Part shown: positions 50,718 through 64,000 of the stretch, one piece after another
Layout: every line of letters starts with the position of its first letter
Position numbering within the stretch: the first letter of the stretch is position 1
Assembly (NCBI GenBank): GCA_965649765.1
Contig: OZ287754.1
Span: 48,298,001-48,362,000 of the forward strand
Origin: Bispira polyomma
Lineage: Eukaryota
DNA length: 64,000 nucleotides
Reading direction: 5' to 3'
Position numbers and translations under genes: made by a program
The notes under the pieces: generated by a model
Seen by the model: the letters and a program-made list of their open reading frames with translations, nothing else
Databases searched by the model: none
Told to the model about the DNA's origin: nothing

Positions 50718-51259
50718 TAGGGATGTCACCACTGCCAAAAATTGAAGTCGACTACTCGCCAATAATTATTCACATCGGCTCCGATAAGTCGTTGAGTATT
50801 TTAAAATGTAGTTTATCCTACATATTACCCAATGAAAAGCTAGTATAACTAGAAATAAGTAAAACAATGGTCAAATATATACGTTTTGCCATTTTATGCA
50901 ATGAAAAGCTGGTATAACTTGAAATAAGTAAAACAATGGTCAAATATATACGTTTTGCCATTAAAGTTGTTTGATATATTTAGCTGTTTAAATATTTTAA
51001 GCGATTATTCGTTCACTTAAATAATTTGGGGCCGGTAGTTATCAGTATTCCAATTGCCGCTGAGTAGCCAGCCAATTGCCCTATCTTGTATGCTTTCACA
51101 CTTTACTTCTAGAATAGAAAGAAGGGAGCGATGTTCAATAATTTTATGTAAAATTGATGTATCCAATATGCATTGCTTTTCGAATTTCATAATGCAATAT
51201 ATTGTATTGTAAAAATACATTGGGGATATATTGAGTTTTCACTATATTGTTGCAGCCTA
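50718..51259. mobile_element. hAT-like element (related fragment ~39517-39690)
   Basis: TAGGGATGTCAC...GTTGCAGCCTA ends. CAAAAATTGAAGT and ATCGGCTCCGAT blocks are shared with 39517. Confidence 0.55.
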
Positions 51260-51889
51260 AGCACTGATAGGAATGGAGAGTTAAGCAGGAATGTCAGATT
51301 GAGATTTTTTGGGAGCACAGGCCGATGATATTAATTGGTTCTCGGTTATGATCCAGGGAATTACTTCCTTTTCTTTCAAATTACCACAGAATATTGCGGA
51401 CCACTTGACAGATTGTCACTAGTATACTGACATGCAAAACAAACTTGCATAGCAATCAAGACATTCAAGAGATATATCCAACTGATTTCTTACTAAAGCC
51501 ACTTTGTCAGCAACATGGAAATGCAAGTCACTTCATTATGCAGATTTGCAAGTGATTATTTGTTTAAAATGTCACAACACTTTTATATACACCATGATAC
51601 TATACAATATATACAGACCATTAGTGTCATCATTTGTATATAGCCTAAACACATAAGGGTCAGTACTTGTAATATGAAGGAGTTATTTCAAAACAAAAGT
51701 TTGGACATCACCAAAATATAAAGAAGGATAAAAGTTTTTACTTGAACAAATTCTAATTATAGTTTCTACCAGTACTACCCAATGTATGTTTTCCTCCCAT
51801 TTTATAATATTTCCCCAGCTATTTGAAGCCTTTTTGCCAATCGTTTTTGAAGATTTTTCAGGCACCATGTTGCTAAACTGGTTCTTGGG

Positions 51890-52300
51890 AGTAGTGAGTG
51901 GAATTGGTCTGTATTTTGCAGGTCAATTAATTACTAAATTTCCAACCGATGATCGACCTGAAATCGATTATTAACATAATTTTCTTGTGATAAAGTATTA
52001 AGTTACATATCCTGCCATCCCGGGCCGAATATATTGTGATCCGGCAAGAATTGGATCAAATTCAAACGTTCGACATTTAGTATCCACTACTAACCTATAT
52101 GATTTCCGGTAAACATGGCCGTAAAGGAAAGCAAATATAAAAGTGACCAAAATTGCTTTATTTGACTTAAATCACATGACAAAATATCTATTAGTGTTTT
52201 TGGTGAGTAATGATCGTTTTTATGATTAACTTTACCGATCGACGGCTATGGCTCAATAGGCCGACGAACGCTTAAACATTCGTCGATTCCTCCACTCACT
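51890..52300. mobile_element. Same family as 37420-37865, opposite orientation
   Basis: TCCGGTAAACATGGCC and AAAGTGACCAAAATTGCTTTATTTGAC blocks. Confidence 0.7.
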
Positions 52301-52435
52301 ACTTGGGAGTAGTCATCACTAAATGCACGTGTACCCAGATTTCGAGACGGTTAGAAGTTTCCAGTTGCTCAAGCTGTATGTTTTTGGCCAAAAAAGTGAG
52401 CGAGAAAAAACAATAAGTATATTTGGGGGGATTTA

Positions 52436-52639
<204 letters not shown>

Positions 52640-54863
52640 CTACTTGTGCACATTATATGTTGTACGCGGTAGGTAAAACATAACTAATAAAGCTGTGTAC
52701 CGCAGGAAGTCATTTGCATCGATTATCGCCCACACAGATTCAATGCATCAGTCGATGTAGCGAATAAAGTGGTGGTACACATGTATAAACTCAACTGTTT
52801 CTGTTTTCCACAGTATAACTTAAAATTTAAGTTTACGATTACCATAAAGTTACAATTATATCTACTAGCATTTTTTTTTTCTTTCTTGTCAATGTGGTTT
52901 TGGGCGCATTCTAAACTTCGGCCACCAGGGAGTAAATTTAGTAAAATATGCATATCTAGTCGCAAAGCCCGGACTCGATGCATCGCTATATTTATCATAG
53001 TCGCCTGATGCATTTTAATATGTGAAATTTAACAAAAAAGTGAGTCTTGAGAAATGTATGTGAAACTGAATCCTTGAATCTCAGAGAGATGTGCTGAATT
53101 TACACTGATGAGTATACATATGTATATTGAGTCGTTGTGATTAATCGACTGGTGTAACTCGATTACATAGGCGGGACCTAGTTGAAAAAAATGCTTATCG
53201 CATAACTTTTCAAATTGAATTGAAACATTTTATGTACTACAGTGACATGTGTATAAAGCTAAAAAACATACAATAAACGTACCACAGATACAATACACCG
53301 GTATTACACCCAGCCCATCAGACAGCTTATATAAGTCACTTTAAACTGGTACAATCAATAATGTGAGTTGTGATACAGAAAATATAGATAAAATATAGTC
53401 ATTATTTACTTATCAGAATACACTTCAGCTTTTCTTATATTCTACTCTTTATTAATATAAATATGTAGAGCTCCAGAATTAAGTTCCAGAATTTTTATAT
53501 ATTTGAAATACAAACATAAAACACTACACAAACACAGAATGTGAAGAGTATGCTGTAAGTGGAATATGACTAATTGGCATTGACACCAATGTGAGTGATC
53601 AATACAATTTTGGGTGTTGTGATGGTACTATCAGTATAGAACCTATAAACTAGTGTACATTGGGATGTTGTACGGGGCATGTAAAGAACATAATTAGTAT
53701 GTGAAACTTAACACGATGATTTAGATAATAGAGTGAACAAATAATTCAAAGTCAGGGTGTGACAGGATTTTCACTTACTTGGAAACGGGCCCAGTTTGTT
53801 GTAAAACCAAAGTGAAACTAGTGATTTGAGAACTTGAAAATGTGTTTGTTCTATAGATACTGACATCAACAAACAATATTTCAATAAATATTTACCACAG
53901 AATTATAAATATGTCTCTCTATATTTATACTGTACCTTTGCTATGTTTTTGGACTTCTCTATTAGTCAATTGTTTCTGTTATTGCGCTTTAGAAGATGCC
54001 TCGCATCAATAAGGGGCGTTTTAAATCCAAAATACAATACAATACTATACTATAATATGTTTATTGCCTGTCGAATTAAATCACTTTGGTGGGACAATAA
54101 TATTTCTGATATATATGTTTGTCATATAGACTTATGTGTTTGATGCCACATGTCAAGTAAATTGCCTGCCTTGCTTGCCATAACCAAGTGGGCCAAAAAA
54201 AACCTGAATTATAAATATGTTATTCTGAACTTGGACTATATCTTAATTGTGGAACCAGCTTCCACAAAACATTAGAACTCAGGAAACAATTTATCACTTC
54301 AAAACATCCTTGAAATTTTTTGTGTATAAAGGAACTTTCCATAATTTCTACTGAGACCATTTGTATTGTAGCGCTTTGAACATATGAGAAATGCACCTTA
54401 CAAAACAGTATTGTCTATTATTATTATATTTACTAAGACTGTGAGTCGGAGTGTGTGAATTGCACCGATTATCACCCACACGGACTCAATGCATCGAAAA
54501 ACTCATTCCTAAACTCTACTATTTTTTATGTTTTCCAACAATTCAACTTCACATTTAGGTATAAAATGAACATAAAGTTACATGTTCATGTATCTATTAT
54601 CTATATTTATCCTTGGTGACAATGTGCTTTTGAGCACACACCAAAATTCGGCCAATGGAGAGTAAAATATACATGATTGAGTCGCAAATCCCTGACTTAC
54701 TGCATCGCTATATTTGCAGTCGATTAATGCATCGACTAAACAACTAATCATCACAGCCTTAATATTTACCATTGAATTATTATACAAATGAAAACATATA
54801 TTTTTATTTATGTTTTGAAAAGCAGTGTACCACAGATTTACTCAATTGTGCTGAGAAAGCCTG

Positions 54864-55467
<604 letters not shown>

Positions 55468-55909
55468 TTAAGCAGTTGTTGGTTTATAAAAGTAAGCGAC
55501 ACCCGCTTATTAACTGCTTTTTAATAATAATAATATATACATGTATCTGTAGGTATATGTTGGGTATAATTTATTTTTATGTTGGGTTTATGCAATACTA
55601 ATTTCTTAAGAAATTGTCACTGTAAAATTAAATTTAAATTTGAAACTGTTGTGTACAGTGCAAAAATATTCAAATTTTAATCTAAAACCAACAACTGGAT
55701 AAACAGCTATTCAGTTTATACATCTTTAAGCATACTTCAGTTGTAACTAATAGAATTGGCAGTTGAATCCCTTTTAGCAAAAACTCTGTTTAGTCAATTT
55801 CCCTTTTATGTGGAGAAAGATTTACATACCCCAAAACTCTCTCTGAATAACCTTTTAACTTGAATTTAACAAAATGTAGAAGACAGACTATGTTAAAATC
55901 TGGTCACAC

Positions 55910-56226
55910 CTACAAATGCTAAAGCTACATGTGTGTGACATTTTGAATTGTTTTGAAACCTCGTATAAACGTAGAAGGTAATGCAAAAGTGTGGTTTCCT
56001 GGTGGGTTGGTTCCGTGACTTTGGTTATTGGACGATATCGTTTCAGAAATGTCTCGGTTTCGTCTGAACAGCTGCCGTTTCTCTGTTCGTCCCAGAACGT
56101 TTCCGAAAGTAGCATAGATGTATCAGTAAATAGCTCTATGTAGTAGTAGGTAGCGAGGAAGTCCCAGTAAGTAGTGATATTGTCTCCACTCGTTGTATTC
56201 GTCGTAGAACGTTCACTAAGCATCAT
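55910..56226 (-). CDS. Candidate alternative first coding exon of HIPK (MMLSERS...SHTCSFSICR)
   Basis: CpG-rich 105-codon open frame in an AT-rich intron. Ends TGT AG|GTGTGA (phase 2), which would join exon A in frame as ...[11 protein letters not shown]. Confidence 0.4.
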
Positions 56227-57079
56227 AACGCAGCAGAATGCAGCAGTACAGTAGATCTACGTAGTAGTAGGTAGTGATATCCTACCAGTAAAGCGTTTGA
56301 TTTTTGCTACTGCTCCGTATGTATAAGTACCAACATTGTCACAAAACTTCACAAAAAGTCACAATCGACAAGAAACTACCACGTTTTCAGTGTATATTGC
56401 TTAGGTATGTTGGGGGCCGTTAACACATGTAGGGGTGACCAGGCCATTAGGAAGAGACTTTGGTTCTCTATTCAAAATTGTAGCTGTATTTTTAGAGAAA
56501 CTGGAATGGACAGTTATGAAAGTGTGGGCTATACAGTGACAGTTGCCTGTGCATTCGAAGACAGAATTTGTTTTGTAAAAAAATTCCTTGTCATATAGAA
56601 ATCTTGCTTGAGTAAAGGTATTGTTTGACGACATATTTTTTTACATATAGCAGAAAAACTACATACATTTAAAACGGCACTGAAATGGAAAATCTGGATG
56701 TCTTTTATTCACAAAGGCTTTTGTTAGTCATTTCTTTGTATTCAAAGACAGAATTTATTTTGTAAACAAAAATACCTTGTTATATAGAAATCTTGCTTAA
56801 TAAATCAACCATGAAGTAAATTTAAAAAAATTAAAATAGAATTAAAATTTTAATTTCTTAACATAACTTTTGAATCGAAAAGTTTCTTGGTAATATACAA
56901 CCTGAATGGGAATTTTTCTTTTTAGTTCTATAGAGGAAGTGTTTTTCTTCCTTTCCACTACAGGATATATTTCACATTTTATATAGCTGTGTGCCACTGA
57001 CAATGAAACCAAGCTTGTTATTACAAATCTAAGAATATAAATATTTTATATAAACAGGTGATTATTATCTAAGAACATG

Positions 57080-57127
<48 letters not shown>

Positions 57128-57513
57128 GAATCTCTAATGCACCAAAGCACCCTTCTTTGTTATAAGCTACTGCTACTACTAGTCTACTACAAGATGTAAC
57201 ATGTAGGTTTTGGGCGGCAAAAAGCTTTGAATCAAAACAAACTCCAAAAGAGTTCTACTGGTTAAAAGTATCTTGAACTTGTTTCTGCTTGATATATGTA
57301 TGAATAGCCTTCCTTATTATTGAGCAGGTTGTAGTACCCCTTACTATAAACAAGCTATGGACAAAGAGGACTCAATAATAAACTGACCCTGGGCCTTGGA
57401 AAAAGCCATCCAATCACACTCACAAATTGTATACAGGTGTATACCCCTGGTGAAAAAAACACCTTACAAAACCCCCACAAGAAAAACCTATATTAATTAC
57501 TGCTTAGGTACTG

Positions 57514-57827
57514 GGGCCGTATTCACAAACAAGTGAAAAAAAAATTCACTTACTTTCCAAAGTAAGTAAATTTTTCCCAAGATTTTCTTAGAAGTGGTAT
57601 TCACAAACAAGTGAAAAATTCTACTTACTTAAGTTTTACTTACAATCAAAGTTAGGAAAGAAATCTAAGGTACCTCATCTGCTTACTTGAAATCTAAGTA
57701 AGTTTTCTCTCCAAAGTAAGTAAGTTTTCTTTCGTGAATACCACTTGGATCTAAGTTAGTAAAATATAGCCAGAATACTTGAAATCCAAGTTAGGAATAG
57801 GATTTCACTTGTTCGTGAATACGGCCC
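57514..57827. mobile_element. MITE, GGCCGTATTCAC-TIR family
   Basis: GGGCCGTATTCACAAACAAGTGAAA...TTTCACTTGTTCGTGAATACGGCCC. CTG duplicated on both sides. Confidence 0.88.
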
Positions 57828-60398
57828 CTGATCTTTGGTCACTTTTAAATATGATGTATATGTCTTCAGTCACTAAACTTTGTTTTAACATTCAGGGTTT
57901 TAAAAAAGAATATTTAAATTTCAAAAATAATAAATAACCTTCTTCACATAGCCTTTTTTCAGATTCGTCATTTTTCACTTTAGTTACAAAGCATTAACTT
58001 TTGTTGAATGCGTCCCCTCAAGGGTTTTTTCCCCCTCAACACACAATTCAAATTAATACACCTTCCTTTATATTCCTTCTGACTTAAATAATCATTTCAT
58101 ACAACTTTTGGCGGGGAGAACATCTGTTGCCAAAATTTAACAATTGTGATTCTCCAACTGTTACTGAGACTTCATAAATTCAATTCATCATAACCTATAT
58201 TTAGTTACTGTTTTTGTCATATGGAGAACAACAAGTAAATATTCTCAATGCAAATTAAACATTACTTGTGCATGTCAATTTTTTAATTTCAGTAGCTAAA
58301 TCAATCTATAAAATTGAGTTTATTTATGGTTCTAAACTGCAAGTACAGACCCCCCCCAAAGAAATTTCTTAAAAGTTATAAAATTGATATAGATACCATT
58401 TCAGGTCAAATAAATAATCTAGTATACTCATTATAGTTTGACCTTCTTTGAACTTGCCTAAGTATACATTTTTGTATTGGATATTGGATGCAACCTTTTA
58501 TAACATTGTAAGAAACAAAATACATTAAAGAAACATGTTCACTTCACTTGAAACAATGGCTAAAGGAGGTTGCACTTCAAATACCAGTAACACTTCACCC
58601 ATTTAGGCGCTAGAGTTGTAAAGCAATTCCTTGCAAATAAAAAAATAAATATTAGCACTAAAAGTCTAAAAATAACAGAAGATACAGTTTACTACAATGT
58701 ACAACCAATAGAGGTTTTTACACCTGTGGCGTTTTTCCTGGATCTCTCTGTGTTACATCCTATTAGGCCTTAAGTGCTGATTCCATTAGGGCTGTATTAC
58801 AAGTAGTGGAGGTTGTTGGAGTCCATTTATACAAGTACTCCAATGTATCTTTCTAACTGGATTCCTCCAATACAGTGGGTTATCTCTCAGTTAATAGTTA
58901 AAATGCCTTATATACCTTGTAAATTGGCATATCTGCCCAATAAAAAATCAATGATCATTTGAGTTTTCAAGCAATAATCATAAGTTTATTATCTATTTTA
59001 TGAGATCGCCTAAAATATTTGTGGCCTTTTTATTCATACAATGGTCCGTGGTGTATGCTAAACTGTGCTGAACTCAACTTAGGTTAGGTTATACGGATAT
59101 ACATATTTTTTTGAACTTTTGCCGTTGTTATGGGTTGAACTATTTTCGTCGGATACACAAGACGTACATGAATGAATGGGATCACTCATAAATATTGTAT
59201 TAACATTTTTTATCATGCATTATTGATGCAAAAGCACAACATAATCAAATTTAATCAATTAACCATTATATTGAGAACAAATATTTTTAAAAGTACGGAT
59301 GGGAGTTTTCATGTGTATGGATTCAGTACTTTAGGCCTTCAGGGCACTTAGTGCTGTCTGGTACTCTACTAAAAGTTATACCTTTCAGACTGAGTTGTTC
59401 ACTGTACTTAAACTTGAAACCTGATCTTCTATATACTATAACAAGTGTATTATAACAATATTAGTGGTTAGCTTACAACTTTTTTTAAAAAAAAACCCAA
59501 CATCTGTTTATATAACAATACAATCCTTTAACTGAGTTTAAGGACATTCAATGTTTTTACCTTTGATATATTTCTAATATATAGAGTGTATTGAGTCATG
59601 CAATAAATGATATCAGAATACTGTTTCCTGTTTACAGCATAGTACTGGTATAACCTAACAGTACCAGGCACTGGGTAATTTTCGGGTGTTTTCTTTTTCA
59701 TTATTGACTCTCTCTGCCAGAAGCTTGGTAGGTTTTCAATTTGAATGTTTTAACAGATCTGTTACATATTTACATTAATAATAATATGTTAAGCCTATAC
59801 TTATATAATCAATATACTTTGCATAATAAATATTAAATACCATCTAAATTTGTAAACCACAATAAAACTATTATTAATTTTACAGCCCAATATTATCTTA
59901 CAGTTGTAAATATGACACCTACTTTAATTTTAAAATAATAAATTTCGTATAAATTACTGCCACATTGTACTGGTTCTTAAAGACTAACAAAGTAGACTAC
60001 AGCACCATTTGTCTAATTACTCCCAAGTGGGCAAGCTATGTAACACATTACAAAAACCAAATAGATTTAATATACAGCAAAACCTCCAAACATGTTTGGA
60101 GGGCAAGATTGTTTTCATATAAGTTACAACATAAATGGAATTTTAGTAAAATGACAGCAAAATAAACAGTTTCCAGAGTGGAAATAGATCACATAGATTG
60201 ACTAAATCAAACATTTGGATAATACGAGTTTGAATAATCAATGGAGTTTCAGTAAAACAACAGCAAAATAAAGATTTGAGAGAAAGTAGGATCACATAAT
60301 TTGTGCGATAGAATCAAACATTAGGACAATATAAGTTTAAATAATGGAAGTTCCTACTCTATTGTTTAAGGCTAAAAACAAACAGTTGTTCACACTAC

Positions 60399-60640
60399 AG
60401 GTGAACCCCTGAAAGTGGAACCTCAAGGGATCATAAGAAATACTTCTACTTGAGCAGGATTTCCACTTAACAGGGTAGATTAGAATGAAACAATTTCCAC
60501 TTACCAGGATAGATTACAATGGAAACAATTTCCACTTACCAGGGTAGATTACAATGGAAACAATATGGGTGGCACCAGCAATTCACTTCTACTTAAGAGG
60601 GAATCTGAGTTAACAGAGTTCTATTTAAAGGGTTGGACTG
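60399..60640. mobile_element. MITE with internal 35-bp triplication (related copy at ~430-588)
   Basis: TA-CAG...AACCCC left end, GGGTTGGACTG-TA right end. ATTTCCACTTACCAGGGTAGATTAC repeats. Confidence 0.65.
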
Positions 60641-61557
60641 TATTTGTCAATTATTTAATATTTAGTTTAAATAAAATGTAAAGAACCATAAATTATATAT
60701 CTTATTTCAATTATTAACTATACCAAATGGTAAAACAGTGTATGCAACTATGCAAAATTGACTAACATTTTCAGATCAAATGAACCTGATCATTTCTAAT
60801 GTGATTTTTGCGGCATACTGAAATACCTAAAATAAAGATGGACATGATTGTTTTTCTTTGCCTATATAATATATATATGTGTATATCTAGATAATAATAA
60901 TAGATATATATGCATACACAAGTATATATATGGGTATATTTATATCTATAAGGACCATCATATATTTTTCTATAGCAGTAATAATTGAACAGCCTTGCTT
61001 CAGAGTATTTCCCGGTATTTCCCAGGCATGATAAGATCTGTGTAACCAGAATGGGTTTTTAAAAGAAATTATTAACATTTTCTGACCAAATAAACCTGAT
61101 CGATGAGATTTTGCCTGGCGTTTGCATGATAAGATCTGTATTACCAGACATTGCATTCATTATAAGATCTACGTAATCGAATAATTGTGTTTGAACCGAC
61201 AGCCCTTAATACCGATGAGAGAGAACTTGAGCCTGTATAAGGCTACTGTGATTATAAAAGCGCAGTTCTTGCAAGCCAAATAAGGCCAGTGCTGACATAG
61301 TACAATTTACATCTCTGCAGGGTGTAAGGCAAGTGAAGGGTTAGAGGAGGGGGGAGATGGGGGCATAAAAAACCCTGCTGACAAAGCTTCTGCTAGAAAA
61401 CAGCTACTGCAAGCAAGGTCAGAGCTTGGAAGAGGAGATGCAACTTTTCACATGATGATGATGCCATCACTACAATCTAACAGATTAGTTTTTGTTTTTT
61501 TGTGGGTTTATTTTTTTTGCCTGGTAGAAAGTTCCAGTAGCAACTACTAACTGTGCA

Positions 61558-61666
61558 GGGCCCGTATTCACGAAGGGACTTAGCCAGTTCTTAGGCTTAA
61601 ATCAGTATACTTCTGTGCTAGATTTAAACCTAAGACCTGGCTAAGTCCTTTCGTGAATACAGGCCC
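61558..61666. mobile_element. Short hairpin MITE, GGCCGTATTCAC-TIR family (degenerate relative at ~1641-1732)
   Basis: Near-perfect ~45-bp inverted arms GGGCCCGTATTCACGAAGGGACTTAGCCAG.../...CTGGCTAAGTCCTTTCGTGAATACAGGCCC. Confidence 0.85.
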
Positions 61667-61884
61667 TGAGTCAGTGTGTGTGTTTGACTTAATCAGCTTT
61701 ACAAATTAATATACTGTGATGTTTACAGCAGGCTACTGCTACTACTTTGTCACAGAAAGTCAAATGCAACACTAGAGGGCAAACCGTTATTTGTTTTGTT
61801 TTTGGTATCAAAAAAAAAAGCAAACATTTGTGCCATAATGCTTGAAAACCTGACTCTTGCTCATTTTTAAAATAACTATATTGT

Positions 61885-62192
61885 AGTGGGTAAAACGTTT
61901 ATCGATATCGGCAATATTTATTGTTTGGGCTTTTGCGTGCATATATCAATGAATAACACCAACACTACGTTATCATAAATGACACATATTTCACCATGGA
62001 ATAACAGTTCTACAATAGGTATGACGATATTTTAAGAATAAACCATTTACACGGTTTTATTTCAGGCAAGTTTTTTTAATAAATACATTCCAGTTTCTTA
62101 ACATGTTTTTTGCTACCTCCCGATATCGGCCGATATTGAATTTATTTTACTTACGATATTGATTGCCACCAAGTTCAATGATTTACCCACTA
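61885..62192. mobile_element. hAT-like MITE
   Basis: TAGTGGGTAAA...TTTACCCACTA termini. Confidence 0.65.
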
Positions 62193-63133
62193 CTATTATG
62201 TACTATATTGGATACATAATTCCATTTTAAAGTTTCAGCCCTCTGTTTTATACATATCACTATAATTTGGTGACATCATGTTACACAACCACATATCAAT
62301 ATTTTGTTTTCTTTAACAATAGCCCCCTTTTTAAAAAATGTGAAACTTAAGGGGTGATTAACAATGTCACTGACAATTTCGGCAAACATCGTTTCACATT
62401 TGTCAGCATAAGCAGCCATAGATGTTGATTCATTGCAAAACTAATCGAATGGTATGAAACAAAACTCTAAATTAAGTATTTTATATTTTCTTTTAATCTA
62501 TTTATAATTGAAGACGTATATTTATTTACTAACAAGTAACAACTGAAGGGATAAAATACACTGGATTACCATGGCAATCAGCCAACATATACATTGATGT
62601 ATGCAAACCCAAAATTTACAGGTAAAAAAATCAATTTCAAGCCAACATTAAGTCAGAAATCTTTCTGATGAATCGACCTAGTAAAATGAGGCCAATTCCA
62701 TTAACTAACCACAATAGTATCATTCATTCTACTGTGCCTTTATTGATAAGAGAGTAGTGTTGCGATCAAAATTTTTATTTATAACCACCGGTGTCTGAAA
62801 GAAAATATTCCAGGGAGAAAGCAGCTTATTTTTAGTTTAAATGTCTAAGTGATACATAAAATGTTTACATAAGCTATAACTGTAAACAGGATATAGATCA
62901 ACACAAATGTTTTCATGCAAATTAAATTAGTCTGTTATTATGAAGATTTGATGAAATTATATGGATTTGCGGGTTTGTACACAATTTGATACAATAATTC
63001 TTTGTAATGACAAATTTCTCAGTCAGCTGGTTCTTGCTTTTGATTTCCCAGAGATCGTTCTGGCAACAAACAAATGTTGGTATCTGGTTTGCCATCTTCT
63101 ACACTATGGCAGAGAGACAGTATTACAAATATA

Positions 63134-63356
63134 GAGTAAGGAATCTAATATTGGCCACTGTATCTGAAATTGGCCACCTAAAAAATGTCGTGTTTTGGTA
63201 GAATTGTGGGCAATATTTGCTAAAATAGAGATTTTTGTGACTATTTTGCCTTAGTCACCTAAATTCCAGTTATATTTGGCCAGTTTTGATTGATTTAGCT
63301 TATATTTTAGGGGTGGCCAATTTCAGATACAGTGGCCAATTTTAGATTTCTTACTC
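63134..63356. mobile_element. MITE with GAGTAAGGAATCTAA TIRs (related copy 10264-10489)
   Basis: ~50-bp inverted arms, GAG...CTC termini. Confidence 0.82.
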
Positions 63357-63394
63357 AACCTTGTACTTCCTTAAATCTTAATATCTATTTATAC

Positions 63395-63815
63395 TAAGGC
63401 TGGAAATTGGCCTGTTTTTTCCAGGTCGATTAATTGTTTCATTTGCTGACTGTCGGTGACTGATGAACGATCTGTAATCGATTATTCACATAATTATATT
63501 GTTTGAAGTATTAAGTTACCTGTGATCCAGTAACAATTGGGTTAAATTCAAATGTTAGCCATTTAGGATCTATCGCTCACCTATATGAACTTCTAGTAAA
63601 CGTGGCGGTAAATGAAAACAAACATAAAAGTGACAAAAATTGCTTCATGTGACATAAAAACCATATAAAAATTTAACATTAAAATGGCAAGATTAGTTGA
63701 AGTTAGGACTAGTAGTGAGTAAATAATCGATTATATAAAATTAAGACTGATTTTCCATGATCAAGCAGTGTCACCGACAAATAATCGACCGTTTGTCTAA
63801 TCGTCCACCCACTAA
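63395..63815. mobile_element. Same family as 37420-37865, opposite orientation
   Basis: TAAGGCTGGAAATTGGCC...CGATCTGTAATCGATTATT...GTCTAATCGTCCACCCACTA. Confidence 0.75.
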
Positions 63816-64000
63816 TTTATATCAGAGCCTATATAGATGGCTATTACTTTTCTTGTAATCCATACAAGGACATCAGGGTAGAGTCTGCTTAGCTGTATGT
63901 AGTGGTTTAGTAATTTCATAAATGTAAACATCACACACACTCCAAAAATATTCTGCACTTTCACTTTAGGGCAAGTAAAATTTAACTATGAATGACCAAA

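Noticed and set aside
56553-56798. ~55-bp direct repeat pair (also small duplications at 21263-21313 and 50830-50962)
   Set aside because: Ordinary local duplications with no link to a splice junction or other feature. They do show that background duplication is common here, which is the null model for the echo finding.

Overview
AT-rich animal (probably lophotrochozoan invertebrate) genomic DNA with two convergent genes. On the + strand is a galactose-3-O-sulfotransferase (Gal3ST-family) gene: predicted first coding exon 2469-2510, main exon 3470-4846, followed by a 63-bp minisatellite. On the - strand are the 3' 14 coding exons of a homeodomain-interacting protein kinase (HIPK) gene (55387 down to 29317). 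All junctions are GT-AG and phase-consistent, and the exon carrying the kinase N-lobe must lie beyond the window. HIPK probably has a very long (~18 kb) 3' UTR. Introns hold tRNA-derived SINEs and several MITE families, and there is a 200-N gap at 24918-25117. The most unusual signal is a set of 'splice-junction echoes': at five 5' splice sites the exon end plus donor is duplicated next to the real junction (9 extra copies at 33877-34296, 4 at 45300-45660, single copies at 36797, 32922 and 2444/2505). In the 9-copy array the repeats have drifted into hairpins in which a U1-snRNA-like UUACCUG pairs with and buries each decoy donor. A CpG-rich 105-codon ORF at 55910-56226 could splice in frame to the RAPE exon, giving a kinase-truncated HIPK isoform.
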